Origin: Candidatus Poribacteria bacterium | GTDB lineage: Bacteria; Poribacteria; WGA-4E; PCPOR2b | Assembly: GCA_965198175.1 (NCBI GenBank) | Contig: OZ240245.1 | Location: forward strand, 3,808,001-3,872,000 | Direction: 5' to 3' | Length of the DNA stretch: 64,000 nt | In this document: piece by piece, positions 8,555 to 18,354 of the stretch | How the letters are laid out: every line of letters begins with the position of its first letter | How positions within the stretch are numbered: position 1 is the first letter of the stretch | The notes under the pieces: model-generated | What the model saw: only the letters and a program-made list of their open reading frames with translations | The model's database searches: none | Told to the model about the DNA's origin: nothing | Program-made: the position numbers and the translations under genes

Positions 8555-9499
8555 ATGAAGAGTGCGATCGTTTTTAAGCTAATCTTACTGTTGGTTAGCG
8601 CTCTTTTTCTACCGATCAGTTTCGCACAAGATTCTCCCCTATGGGGGCTGCCAAATCGAGCTAAGGTACGCTGCGGTAAGGGTAGTATACGTGAAATAAA
8701 GTATTCGCCCGATGGCGCTCGACTTGCGGTCGCTAGCAGTGTTGGAACTTGGCTCTACGATACGGCGACGCATCAAGAGGTCGCCCTGCTCACCGGGCAT
8801 ACGCGTTTGGTCCGTAGCGTTGCGTACAGTCCCGATGGACGAACCATTGTTAGCGGGAGCGGAGACAATACCGTCCGTCTGTGGGACGTAAATACGGGAG
8901 AAACACTGCGAACCCTTGAGGGGCATACGCGATTTGTCATTAGCGTTGCGTACAGTCCCGATGGACGCACCATTGCTAGTGGGAGCGGAGACAATACCAT
9001 CCGTCTGTGGGACGTACATACGGGAGAAACACTGCGAACGCTCAAGGGGCATACGAGTTGGGTTTATAGTGTTGCGTACAGTCCTGATGGTCGTATCCTT
9101 GCAAGTGGGGGTGTGGACGGCACCGTGTTGCTGTGGGAACTTACCTCTTCGCCAGCATTTGGAGTGGAACCGCTGGCAAGAAGTGCCACGACGCTGGGAA
9201 ACATCAAACGCACGGCGTTGCTTCAGAATTATCCAAATCCGTTCAACCCTGAAACTTGGATACCGTATCAGTTGGCAGACGATGCGCTCGTTACATTGAG
9301 CATCTATGACCAGAGCGGTCATATCGTCCGCGGGCTGGACATTGGACATCAAAAGTCGGGAGTATACCGAGACAAAGCAAGCGCAGCGTATTGGGACGGA
9401 CGGAACCAAAACGGAGAAAGCGTCACTAGCGGCACCTATTACTATCAGCTCCGGGCGGGTGATTATAGCTCGTTACGGCGAATGGTGATTGTCAAATAG
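8555..9499 (+). CDS. Secreted WD40 protein (4 repeats) with C-terminal FlgD-Ig/T9SS-CTD-like domain
   Basis: Signal peptide (SFA|QD), GH...WD repeats including two near-identical 126-bp units, and LLQNYPNPFNPETWIPYQL...YWDGRN..GE.V.SGTYYY. Confidence 0.9.
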   Translation: MKSAIVFKLILLLVSALFLPISFAQDSPLWGLPNRAKVRCGKGSIREIKYSPDGARLAVASSVGTWLYDTATHQEVALLTGHTRLVRSVAYSPDGRTIVSGSGDNTVRLWDVNTGETLRTLEGHTRFVISVAYSPDGRTIASGSGDNTIRLWDVHTGETLRTLKGHTSWVYSVAYSPDGRILASGGVDGTVLLWELTSSPAFGVEPLARSATTLGNIKRTALLQNYPNPFNPETWIPYQLADDALVTLSIYDQSGHIVRGLDIGHQKSGVYRDKASAAYWDGRNQNGESVTSGTYYYQLRAGDYSSLRRMVIVK

Positions 9500-9602
9500 T
9501 AACACATGGCGATTGGAGGTGATAAACCGAAAATATCTAAAAGCTTGGTTCTTGGAGTTACTGCGAACGAATTGATTTAGATGCACGACGCAAAATTGGA
9601 GG

Positions 9603-11828
9603 ATGATTCCAATGAAAAAAACGATGATTTTCAAGTTTAGCTTATTCTTTGTTGCCGCACTATGTGTACCATACAGCTACGCCGAAGATTCTCTTCAGTG
9701 GCATCTACCCGAAACCGCCAAAGCACGGCTCGGTAGAGGTTCGATAAGCGAAATTAAGTATTCACCCGACGGCAAACGACTTGCTGTCGCAAGCAGCATC
9801 GGTATATGGCTCTACGATACGGAAACCCATAAAGAAGCCGCATTTCTTACCGGGGATACAGGCGATATTAGCGGTTTTTCGTTCAGTCCCGACGGGGGCA
9901 CAATTGCCAGTGCAAGTGATGGTGCTGACGTCCTCAGTATGTGGGAAGCGGAAACGGGCAAACGCCTGCGAACAGTGAACGGTCATGGAGGTTGGGTGAT
10001 TAGCGTTTCGTTCAGTCCCAATGGCGACACCTTTGCAGGCGGGACTTACGACGATACCATCCATATGTGGGACGCGGAAACGGGAAAGCGCCTGCATACG
10101 CTCCGAGGGCATACGGATAACGTCGGTATCGTTTCGTTCAGTCCCGATGGCGGCACCATCGCTAGCGGGAGTAGAGATACCACCGTCCGTCTATGGGACG
10201 CGGCTACGGGAGCACACCTGCGAACGCTAGGCGGTCACACGAATCCGGTCCATAGTGTTTCGTTCAGCCCCGACGGTGCTATGATTGCTAGCGGTAGTGA
10301 CGATAATTCAATCATACTATGGAACGCGGCTACGGGAAAACACTTTCGAACGCTAATCGGCCATACACATTCGGTCAATAGTGTCTTGTTCAGCCCCGAC
10401 GGCGGCACCATTGCGAGCGGAAGCTGGGACGATTCAATCCGTCTGTGGGACGCAGTAACAGGCGAACAGCTGCAAACGCTTAACGGACATACGGATTGGG
10501 TTAGTACAGTTGCATACAGTCCCGATGGGCGCACACTCGCTAGCGGGAGTTGGGACGGAACCGTCCGCGTGTGGAATGCAGCTACTGGCGAACACCTGGG
10601 AACGCTGACAGGGTATACGGGTTCGGTCAGAAGTGTCGCATTTAGTCCAGACGGCGGTACGGTTGCCAGCGGCAGTTGGGGGGACGAAACCGTTCGTCTA
10701 TGGGACGCCGATACTGGCGACCTTTTGCACACGCTTAGCGGGCATACGAGCCAGGTCTCGATTGTCGTGTTCAGTCCCGATGGACGCCGCATCGCAAGTG
10801 GGAGTCGGGACCTAACCATTCGTCTGTGGGACGCGGCTACGGGAGAACACGTTCGGACGCTCAAGGGGCATACGAATTCGATCTATGGCTTGGCGTTCAG
10901 TCCGGATGGACGCCGCATCGCTGGCGGAAGTTTGGACAATACGGTTCGAATTTGGGATTCCGATACCGGAGAACTCTTACGAACGCGGTGGAACGTACAT
11001 ACGCCTAGGTTTGGAGTCTCAAGCCTTGCGTTTAGTCCTGACGGCAGCATCCTCGCCAGTGGGGGCAAAACCAATATCGTACTGTGGGATGTCGATAACG
11101 GTGAACGCCTGCGCGTCCTTAAGGGACATACATTATCGATCCAGAGCATTGCCTTCAGTCCGGATGGCGGCACGATTGCCAGTGGCGGTTGGGACGATAC
11201 CATCCGCCTGTGGAACGTTGATACCGGCAAGCACCTTCGAACGATTATCTGGCATGGCGGTTGGGTCAATAGCGTTGATTTTAGCCCGGACGGCGGCACC
11301 CTCGTTAGCGCGAACGCAGATCGGAGAATCCGACTGTGGGACGTCGATACCGGCAAACACCTGCGAACACTCACCGGGCATACGGATTCAGTCTATAGCG
11401 TTGCATTTGGTCCCGAGGGACGCACGCTCGCAAGCGGGAGTTGGGACGGCACTGTGCTGTTATGGGATCTTGACACTTCAATCGGAGTTGGGGTGGAACC
11501 CTTGGGAAGTCACTTGACGACGCTGGGCAACATGAAACGGACGGCGTTATTGCAGAATTATCCGAATCCGTTCAACCCCGAAACCTGGATACCGTACCAG
11601 TTGGCAAACGATGCGCTCGTGAGCTTGAACATCTATGACCAGCGCGGTCACGTCGTGCGTAGGCTCGACGTTGGGCGTCAGAAATCGGGCGTCTACCAAC
11701 ACAAAGAGAACGCTGCGTATTGGGACGGACGGAACCAAAACGGAGAACGCGTCACAAGCGGCACGTATTACTATCAACTTCGCGCGGGCGATTACACCTC
11801 GTTGCGGCGGATGGTGGTTGTTAAGTAG
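9603..11828 (+). CDS. Secreted WD40 protein (14 repeats, two propellers) with C-terminal FlgD-Ig/T9SS-CTD-like domain
   Basis: Signal peptide, 14 WD repeats counted, same C-terminal domain. The start may be 9612. Confidence 0.93.
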   Translation: MIPMKKTMIFKFSLFFVAALCVPYSYAEDSLQWHLPETAKARLGRGSISEIKYSPDGKRLAVASSIGIWLYDTETHKEAAFLTGDTGDISGFSFSPDGGTIASASDGADVLSMWEAETGKRLRTVNGHGGWVISVSFSPNGDTFAGGTYDDTIHMWDAETGKRLHTLRGHTDNVGIVSFSPDGGTIASGSRDTTVRLWDAATGAHLRTLGGHTNPVHSVSFSPDGAMIASGSDDNSIILWNAATGKHFRTLIGHTHSVNSVLFSPDGGTIASGSWDDSIRLWDAVTGEQLQTLNGHTDWVSTVAYSPDGRTLASGSWDGTVRVWNAATGEHLGTLTGYTGSVRSVAFSPDGGTVASGSWGDETVRLWDADTGDLLHTLSGHTSQVSIVVFSPDGRRIASGSRDLTIRLWDAATGEHVRTLKGHTNSIYGLAFSPDGRRIAGGSLDNTVRIWDSDTGELLRTRWNVHTPRFGVSSLAFSPDGSILASGGKTNIVLWDVDNGERLRVLKGHTLSIQSIAFSPDGGTIASGGWDDTIRLWNVDTGKHLRTIIWHGGWVNSVDFSPDGGTLVSANADRRIRLWDVDTGKHLRTLTGHTDSVYSVAFGPEGRTLASGSWDGTVLLWDLDTSIGVGVEPLGSHLTTLGNMKRTALLQNYPNPFNPETWIPYQLANDALVSLNIYDQRGHVVRRLDVGRQKSGVYQHKENAAYWDGRNQNGERVTSGTYYYQLRAGDYTSLRRMVVVK

Positions 11829-11989
11829 TGCCGCGCAATTGAGGTGTGAAGCCGACTGATTTTAAAAACCGGTTTCTGAAGTTACCGCGAGCAATATGAA
11901 TTAGATGTGATTGAAAGTATCAGTGCGTAGGTTGGGTTGGGCAGTGGACGTTTGCTCCACGTTTGTGAAAGCTATCTAAAAAAGCCGAT

Positions 11990-14767
11990 TTGAGTATTCC
12001 AAATTTGGCTGTGGAGAATGAATTGACATATAATTTTGACGAAGTCGCAAGGCTGCCATCTCGCACGGATAACGTGGCAATTGCGACAAGGACAATAGAA
12101 GCAGGATTGGAAATCAACAGCGAAGGGGAACGCTACACCCTATCCCACACCGTTTTGGAGGGGCATCGGTTCGCCGTCAAGACAATAGATGAAGGCGAAT
12201 CACTGCTTTCATGGGGCTTGACGTTTGGAATCTCGACCACTGGAATTAGCCCCGGAGGCTACATCTGCAACTCAGGCATTCTCGATGCGCTCGCTCTGAG
12301 AAACTTGGAGTTCGAACTACCGTCGCACCCAAGTTTCAGAGATGAGATTGCCCCTTACGTCCTTGATGAAGATGCTTTTCAGCCGGGGGTACAAGTGCCC
12401 CTATACAACCACCAGAGATTTTTTGCTGGTCACCGAAGGGCGGGTAACCGAGGTGTAGGAACGCGAAATTATATCGCTGTGATGGGGACAACTTCCCGAA
12501 CCTCCAGCTTTGCGAAAACGCTAGCGGATCGGTTCAAAGACGCCGAAGCAAACTATGAAAACATAGATGGAATCGTCGCGGTGGGGCACACCGAAGGCGG
12601 GGAAGAGATAAAACCGAATAACCTAGATATATTGCTCCGAACGCTTGGAGGCTTTATCGTGCATCCGAACGTTGGGGCAATACTTGTGCTTGACTATGGT
12701 ACGGAAGCGGTCACGAACAAGATGCTTGAGCATTATGTCGTGCAGCATTGCTACCCGATTCATGGCGTACGCCATCGATTTCTGACCTTGCAAGGCAGCT
12801 TTAATGTCAGTCTGGAGAAAGGTGAAGCGATAATCAATGGGTGGTTGAAAGAGATAAACGCGGCGGACAAGCACACCAAGCAACCTGTCTCAAATTTAAA
12901 GATTGCGCTCCAGTGCGGCGGCTCAGATGCATTTTCGGGTGTCTCTGGCAATCCGCTTGCAGCCCACGTTGCAAACGAGATAATTCGCTATGGCGGCTGC
13001 GCAAATCTAGCGGAAACCGATGAGTTAATCGGCGCAGAAGAATATGTCCTCCAAACCGTCAAAGATTTAGAGACTGCCCATAAGTTCCTCGACACGATAG
13101 AGCGATTTAAGGAGCGGGCACGTTGGCACGGTCACACTGTAGAAGCCAATCCCTCAGGCGGCAATAAGTTTCGCGGGTTATACAACATCGTGATCAAATC
13201 AATCGGCGCTGCCATGAAACGACATCCGGACGTTCGTCTAGATGATGTCATCCCCTATGGCGAGCGCATGCTTGAATCGGGCTTCTATTTCATGGACAGT
13301 CCAGGAAACGATCTTGAGAGCATTGCTGGACAGGTCGCCAGCGGGGCAAATCTGATATTCTTTGTGACTGGAAACGGTTCGATTACGAACTTCCCTTTTG
13401 TCCCGACGATAAAAATTGTTACAACCACTGGGCGGTACAATTTGTTGGCAAATGAGATGGATGTGAACGCCGGAGCATATCTGGATGGGGTCCCTATGGC
13501 GGTGTTAGGTCAGGAAATGTTCGACCTAACGCTTAGGATTGCGGGTGGTGAGCAATCTGTTGGTGAAAAGGCACGACATTCTCAGGTGTCAATCTGGCGA
13601 AACTGGCGACAAACCTGTCCAACCAATCTAAACGCAGTATTACCAAAAGAAGTCCCCGATGGCAAGCCCCTCTCCATCCGGACAACGAGGCAGCCAACAT
13701 CCCCATCTAGCACCTTGGAAGACGAGGCAGCAACTCATCCGAGGTTTAACGCCATTCAAACCAAAGATGGGTACCGAAGCGATCAGATTGGTTTGGTGCT
13801 GCCAACGAGTCTGTGCTCTGGTCAAATTGCCCTGATGATTGCTGACCGCTTAAATCGAGGCAGAATCGGGAAATCCTATGGAATCTCCCGATTTGTGGCG
13901 CTGCCTCATACCGAGGGTTGCGGCGTTTCAGGCGGTAATTCTGAGGACATTTACACAAGAACCCTCATCGGACATCTAATCCATCCAATTGTGGCTTTAG
14001 GAGTGCTTTTAGAACATGGATGTGAAAAAACCCACAACGACTATATCGCGGACGCGCTCACAAAAAACGACATACCCATTGATCGATACGGCTGGGCAAG
14101 CGTGCAACTCGATGGGGGTATTGAGGCGGCGATTCAGAAGGTCGAAAATTGGTTTGGAACCCGTTTAGAATCAATGGACACCCCACATTATACCGATGTA
14201 GGGTTGGAACATCTGTGTCTGGGATTGATGTCGGTCGGTAAAATCACTGACGATGCGGTGCAGAGCCTGGTGAACCTCATCCAGACCGTCGTTGGCGCCG
14301 GTGGAACTGTCGTTGTACCCGCCAATGCAACAGGTTTGGTCTCGCATGCGTACCTGAAAGGTGTATTAGGCGATCAACATCTTACGTCCACGTTGGCTTA
14401 TGGTCAAAGCGTTGCTGAACCAGGATTTCATATCATGGACACTCCCACAGGTCACGCTGTTGAAACTTTGACAGGCTTAGGTGGAACGGGTGTGGACGTG
14501 ATGTTTGCTCACGTTGTGGGACACCCGTTACAGTCTCACCGTATGATTCCGCTGCTTCAAGCCACAACTGACGAGACGACCCTATCGTTTTATCAGGACG
14601 ATTTGGATCTAACCTCTGCCGATGAGAATTCGACGCCTGAAGATTTTACGACCCAAATGCTGAAAATCATCCTGGAGGTTGCCTCGCGACGCTATATCCC
14701 AAAGCTCTATGGCAGGGGCAACACGGATTTTCAATTTACGCGAGGGTTGCTTGGCATTTCAATGTGA
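11990..14767 (+). CDS. UxaA/GarD-family (altronate/galactarate dehydratase-like) protein: SAF domain plus tandem duplicated catalytic region
   Basis: DNVAIA...GHRFAV (SAF); GTRNYI, HPNVGA, LQCGGSDAFSG, SPGNDLES, TGNGS; second copy PTSLCSG, HTEGCG, HGCEK. Confidence 0.85.
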   Translation: MSIPNLAVENELTYNFDEVARLPSRTDNVAIATRTIEAGLEINSEGERYTLSHTVLEGHRFAVKTIDEGESLLSWGLTFGISTTGISPGGYICNSGILDALALRNLEFELPSHPSFRDEIAPYVLDEDAFQPGVQVPLYNHQRFFAGHRRAGNRGVGTRNYIAVMGTTSRTSSFAKTLADRFKDAEANYENIDGIVAVGHTEGGEEIKPNNLDILLRTLGGFIVHPNVGAILVLDYGTEAVTNKMLEHYVVQHCYPIHGVRHRFLTLQGSFNVSLEKGEAIINGWLKEINAADKHTKQPVSNLKIALQCGGSDAFSGVSGNPLAAHVANEIIRYGGCANLAETDELIGAEEYVLQTVKDLETAHKFLDTIERFKERARWHGHTVEANPSGGNKFRGLYNIVIKSIGAAMKRHPDVRLDDVIPYGERMLESGFYFMDSPGNDLESIAGQVASGANLIFFVTGNGSITNFPFVPTIKIVTTTGRYNLLANEMDVNAGAYLDGVPMAVLGQEMFDLTLRIAGGEQSVGEKARHSQVSIWRNWRQTCPTNLNAVLPKEVPDGKPLSIRTTRQPTSPSSTLEDEAATHPRFNAIQTKDGYRSDQIGLVLPTSLCSGQIALMIADRLNRGRIGKSYGISRFVALPHTEGCGVSGGNSEDIYTRTLIGHLIHPIVALGVLLEHGCEKTHNDYIADALTKNDIPIDRYGWASVQLDGGIEAAIQKVENWFGTRLESMDTPHYTDVGLEHLCLGLMSVGKITDDAVQSLVNLIQTVVGAGGTVVVPANATGLVSHAYLKGVLGDQHLTSTLAYGQSVAEPGFHIMDTPTGHAVETLTGLGGTGVDVMFAHVVGHPLQSHRMIPLLQATTDETTLSFYQDDLDLTSADENSTPEDFTTQMLKIILEVASRRYIPKLYGRGNTDFQFTRGLLGISM

Positions 14768-14843
14768 TATCCTTCCTTATCTTCCCCATCCTTCCAACTC
14801 CAGATAAAAAGGGCACGGTCCCAAAGAATGGAGAATTAAAGCA

Positions 14844-15806
14844 ATGGAATCCGCTGCTGACGGAATTCACCGACGAGCAATCGTGGTTGTGGTTCATGAC
14901 CACCGACCGATTGGTCAAGATTTGCCGCTGATGGCTGAAGGCGGCGTTACAGCAAAAGTTTATCAGATTACCCTAGATGTGGATGTAGATGCGGGTTATC
15001 AAGCTTCAAGAAATCAAACAGAAGGTTGGTTGCAGTTAGCCGCCCGCGGGCTGGAAAACACACTGAGCGAAATTGAAAGCCATTACCCACACTGCATCCT
15101 CGCCAAGAAAACCCGCGACATCCGACAGGCTAAGGAAGAAGGTCGTGTCGCGATTATCCTTGGCGCTGAAGGGTCACGATGGCTCGAAGGTACTCTCGAA
15201 CCGCTTCGATTATTCCATCGCCTCGGTCTTCGTGAACTTCAACTCACTTGGGCTTTTCCCAACCCGATCGTGCCTGACGGACACCTCAGTCCTTTCGGAG
15301 CAGCGGTTATCTCTGAATGCGAAAAACTAGGGATTCTAGTTGACGTGACACACATACCGAAAAATGCCTTTTACGAGGTGATTTACCGCGCACAACGTCC
15401 TGTCATCGTCTCTCACGGAACCGCGAAATCGCTCACAAAGGATTTAGATGACAATCAACTCGGTGCACTCGCCTCAACCGGTGGTCTACTGGGTGTCCAT
15501 TTTTACATTACCTATCTCAACCCCACACCGACACCGGAAGACATATTTAGGCAGATTGATTATGTCGCTGAACTGGTCGGAATCGATCACATCGCGCTCG
15601 GCGTTGATTTCTTTCCCACGGAGGGGGTATGGCGAGACCTGCAAACTGCGCAGGGAGCAACAGACCTTCGCTGGGCAGTAAAGGATATGAGCGAAATGCC
15701 CAAAATCACACAATGCCTTGTTGAACACGGTTACTCAGAGGTAGATATACACAAGGTGCTAGGAGGCAATTTCCTTAGGGTATGTCAGGAGGTATTTGGA
15801 GAATGA
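14844..15806 (+). CDS. Membrane dipeptidase (M19)-like amidohydrolase
   Basis: LGAEG, LGLRELQLTW, LVDVTH, VIVSH, GIDHIALGVDF, KVLGGNFLRV. Confidence 0.85.
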   Translation: MESAADGIHRRAIVVVVHDHRPIGQDLPLMAEGGVTAKVYQITLDVDVDAGYQASRNQTEGWLQLAARGLENTLSEIESHYPHCILAKKTRDIRQAKEEGRVAIILGAEGSRWLEGTLEPLRLFHRLGLRELQLTWAFPNPIVPDGHLSPFGAAVISECEKLGILVDVTHIPKNAFYEVIYRAQRPVIVSHGTAKSLTKDLDDNQLGALASTGGLLGVHFYITYLNPTPTPEDIFRQIDYVAELVGIDHIALGVDFFPTEGVWRDLQTAQGATDLRWAVKDMSEMPKITQCLVEHGYSEVDIHKVLGGNFLRVCQEVFGE

Positions 15807-16762
15807 TTATTGATACCCACACACATGTATTTGACCGCACAGTCGCAGGTGCGGAAGAGAATTTCCCGCTCTGGCCTGGGGTAGACCACGGCGCCAGCGG
15901 GCCAGACCTGCTCCGTCAGATGGACGGAGCAGGGGTCGACAAAGCCTTTCTCATCAGTTACACCGCCGTGGATGTTATGGCCCATTATCACCCTGACAAA
16001 CGAGACCATCTGGTCACAGTCTTTCAGCACTATCTGACCAAGGAATATTTCATCCGTGTCTGGGAAGGGAACCTCGATCGCTTCGTCTGGTTCGCGGATT
16101 CGATTGACCCGCGCGTAGCCGGTTACGTGGAACGCGCCGAGCAAGATTTGAACCGCGGTGCTGCGGGACTCAAGCTACTACCGCTATTTGTCGACACTGA
16201 GCTAGGCGATCCGCGCTGGCGACCTATCTTTGAGCTGCTCCACGAACGCCACAAGCCCTGCATTATCGATCTCTCGTGGTGGTATGCCGACCAGCCGTGG
16301 TTTTCCCCGAGTGTCTACGGGAAGTATGAAACCTACACCGACTATGTGCGAGGGTTGAAGGAATTGGCGGTAGATTTCCCAGATGTCAAGATCCAGTTGG
16401 CACATTACGGCACACCGCGGCTCCAGGATCGAGGCGATCCAGCGCGAACGATTCATTATGACCGCTTGAAAGAACCGATCGAACTCATGCGAGCGCATCC
16501 TAATCTCCGCTGCGATCTATCAGCGTGTCATCACATCATCCCGAAGAATGAACCGTTTCCTTTTTGGAGTGCGTTGAGGGTGTTAAAGATTCTGGCGGAT
16601 GAATTGGGCGCCGAGCGTATCCATTGGGGTACCGACTGGCCCTACCTCAGAGAGCAGCCCTATTCAGAATTGGTTCGGGCAATTCGGGAAGCGCCGTTCT
16701 TGAAGGACGGCGAAGCTGAAAAGATATTGGGCTTCAATGCTCTACAATTCTTACAAGCATAG
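15803..16762 (+). CDS. Amidohydrolase_2 family protein
   Basis: MIIDTHTH, GLKL, LAHYG, WGTDWP, ILGFNA; ATGA overlap with the upstream gene. Confidence 0.85.
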   Translation: MIIDTHTHVFDRTVAGAEENFPLWPGVDHGASGPDLLRQMDGAGVDKAFLISYTAVDVMAHYHPDKRDHLVTVFQHYLTKEYFIRVWEGNLDRFVWFADSIDPRVAGYVERAEQDLNRGAAGLKLLPLFVDTELGDPRWRPIFELLHERHKPCIIDLSWWYADQPWFSPSVYGKYETYTDYVRGLKELAVDFPDVKIQLAHYGTPRLQDRGDPARTIHYDRLKEPIELMRAHPNLRCDLSACHHIIPKNEPFPFWSALRVLKILADELGAERIHWGTDWPYLREQPYSELVRAIREAPFLKDGEAEKILGFNALQFLQA

Positions 16763-16786
16763 AGCAGCTCGCAGTTTATCCCCAAA

Positions 16787-17974
16787 CTATGAAGTTGACG
16801 ATTGGCAATTGTCGGTTAAACGCACCGCGTTAAAAGCGTGAATCGCTGCATCCAAATCTTCAGGCGTATGGGTCGCCATCACAGAAATCCGCAGACGCCC
16901 CGTCCCTTCAGGCACGGTAGGCGGACGGACAGCCGGCGCGTATACGCCGTAATCAAGCAACATCTCGGCAAACTGTGAGGTGACTTCTGCGGAGCCAAGA
17001 ATCAGTGGAAGGATTTGGGTTTTGGACGGCAAAAGTCGGAATCCCGCTTCAGACAGCGCGGTTGTTAGATGTCGTGTGTTGGAGAACAAACGGCGACGTA
17101 ACTCAGGGGTTGAACACATCGCATCAATTGCAGCCGAAGCAGCAGCCAATGTTGCTGGCGGCAAGCCTGTCGAGAAAATGAAGCTGCGTGCGCGGTTTAT
17201 CAGAAGATCAATCAACATGCGACTGCCCGCAACGTATCCTCCCAACCCACCAATGGCTTTGCTCAGAGTTCCCATCTGGATAATGTCCTGATTCTCCAGT
17301 CCGAAATGCTCAACTGTACCTCCACCCGATTTTCCTAAAACACCAAAGCTGTGTGCATCATCGACCATCACCATCGCATTGTATCTTTCAGCCAAGTCAC
17401 AAATCTCAGGAAGCGGTGCGATGTCGCCGTCCATACTGAAGACGCCATCAGTCACAATCAGCTTTCGCCCGAATGTTGCCGATTGTGTCAGTAGTGATTC
17501 CAGATGGTCAATATCTCGATGTCGATAAATCTGCGTTCTCGCTTTACTCAGACGACAACCATCTATAATGCTGGCGTGATTGAGCGCGTCGCTGAGGATA
17601 AGATCACCATCACCCGCCAACACAGGGATTGCACCGATATTCGCTAGATAGCCAGAACTGAAGACTAAGGTGGCTTCGGTTCCCTTCACTTCAGCAATCT
17701 TCGCCTCAAGATTGTTGTACAGTTGAATATTTCCCGTTAGCAATCGCGAGCCGCTTGCTCCTGTTCCATATTCCCGCACCGCGTCAGCCGCGGCTTCAAT
17801 CACTTTCGGGTGAGTACTCAAGCCGAGGTAGTTATTCGATCCAAGGGTGATGACTTCCCGCCCATCAAGCACAACGCGCCCTGTTGGAGCTGTCATGACA
17901 GCGCGCAGAAATCTTCGGTGCCCTGCCTTGTGAAGGCAATCCAATTCTGCTTGAATCCAGCTGTCTCTATCCAC
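16787..17974 (-). CDS. bioF: 8-amino-7-oxononanoate synthase
   Basis: SNNYLGL, FSSGYLAN, DALNHASIIDG, VFSMDGD, DDAH, GTLSKA, PPTVPEG. Confidence 0.9.
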   Translation of the reverse strand: MDRDSWIQAELDCLHKAGHRRFLRAVMTAPTGRVVLDGREVITLGSNNYLGLSTHPKVIEAAADAVREYGTGASGSRLLTGNIQLYNNLEAKIAEVKGTEATLVFSSGYLANIGAIPVLAGDGDLILSDALNHASIIDGCRLSKARTQIYRHRDIDHLESLLTQSATFGRKLIVTDGVFSMDGDIAPLPEICDLAERYNAMVMVDDAHSFGVLGKSGGGTVEHFGLENQDIIQMGTLSKAIGGLGGYVAGSRMLIDLLINRARSFIFSTGLPPATLAAASAAIDAMCSTPELRRRLFSNTRHLTTALSEAGFRLLPSKTQILPLILGSAEVTSQFAEMLLDYGVYAPAVRPPTVPEGTGRLRISVMATHTPEDLDAAIHAFNAVRLTDNCQSSTS

Positions 17975-18354
17975 CAGATTGGCCTCTGTCTTAATAGAGA
18001 TCGAGAGACTCCTTTAAGCCAACCGATCATTTTCGGAAATATCAATCACTTCTAGCCACAACTTAAACTAGACCGACAAGTCGTTTCATCTCATCATCCG
18101 TCACCTGGCGCATGCCAAGTCTTGCCCAACGTACTAGCAGTTTTTCTGCACGCCGCGCGGGGGATTTCCGAGGTTTTCAGTATAAAGGGAACAACACCAC
18201 CATAGATGCCCCCCTAAGGTTTGTCCTGCGCCAGTCGAGGTCTGCGTTACTATTTTGTAACACACTCTTCGTCGAGGACAAATACGATTTCCTAGTTATC
18301 CTTTATCCACGCTACCTGTGATTGGCACACAGCGTAGTAAGATATCAATCAGAT

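Noticed and set aside
8800..11460. WD40 DNA repeats as a CRISPR array or DGR template/variable pair
   Set aside because: They are in-frame 126-bp coding repeats with no unique spacers; no reverse transcriptase or cas gene is in the window, and differences are not confined to adenines.
18254..18282. BirA operator upstream of bioF
   Set aside because: TTTGT...ACAAA spacing and inner bases do not fit the BirA consensus.
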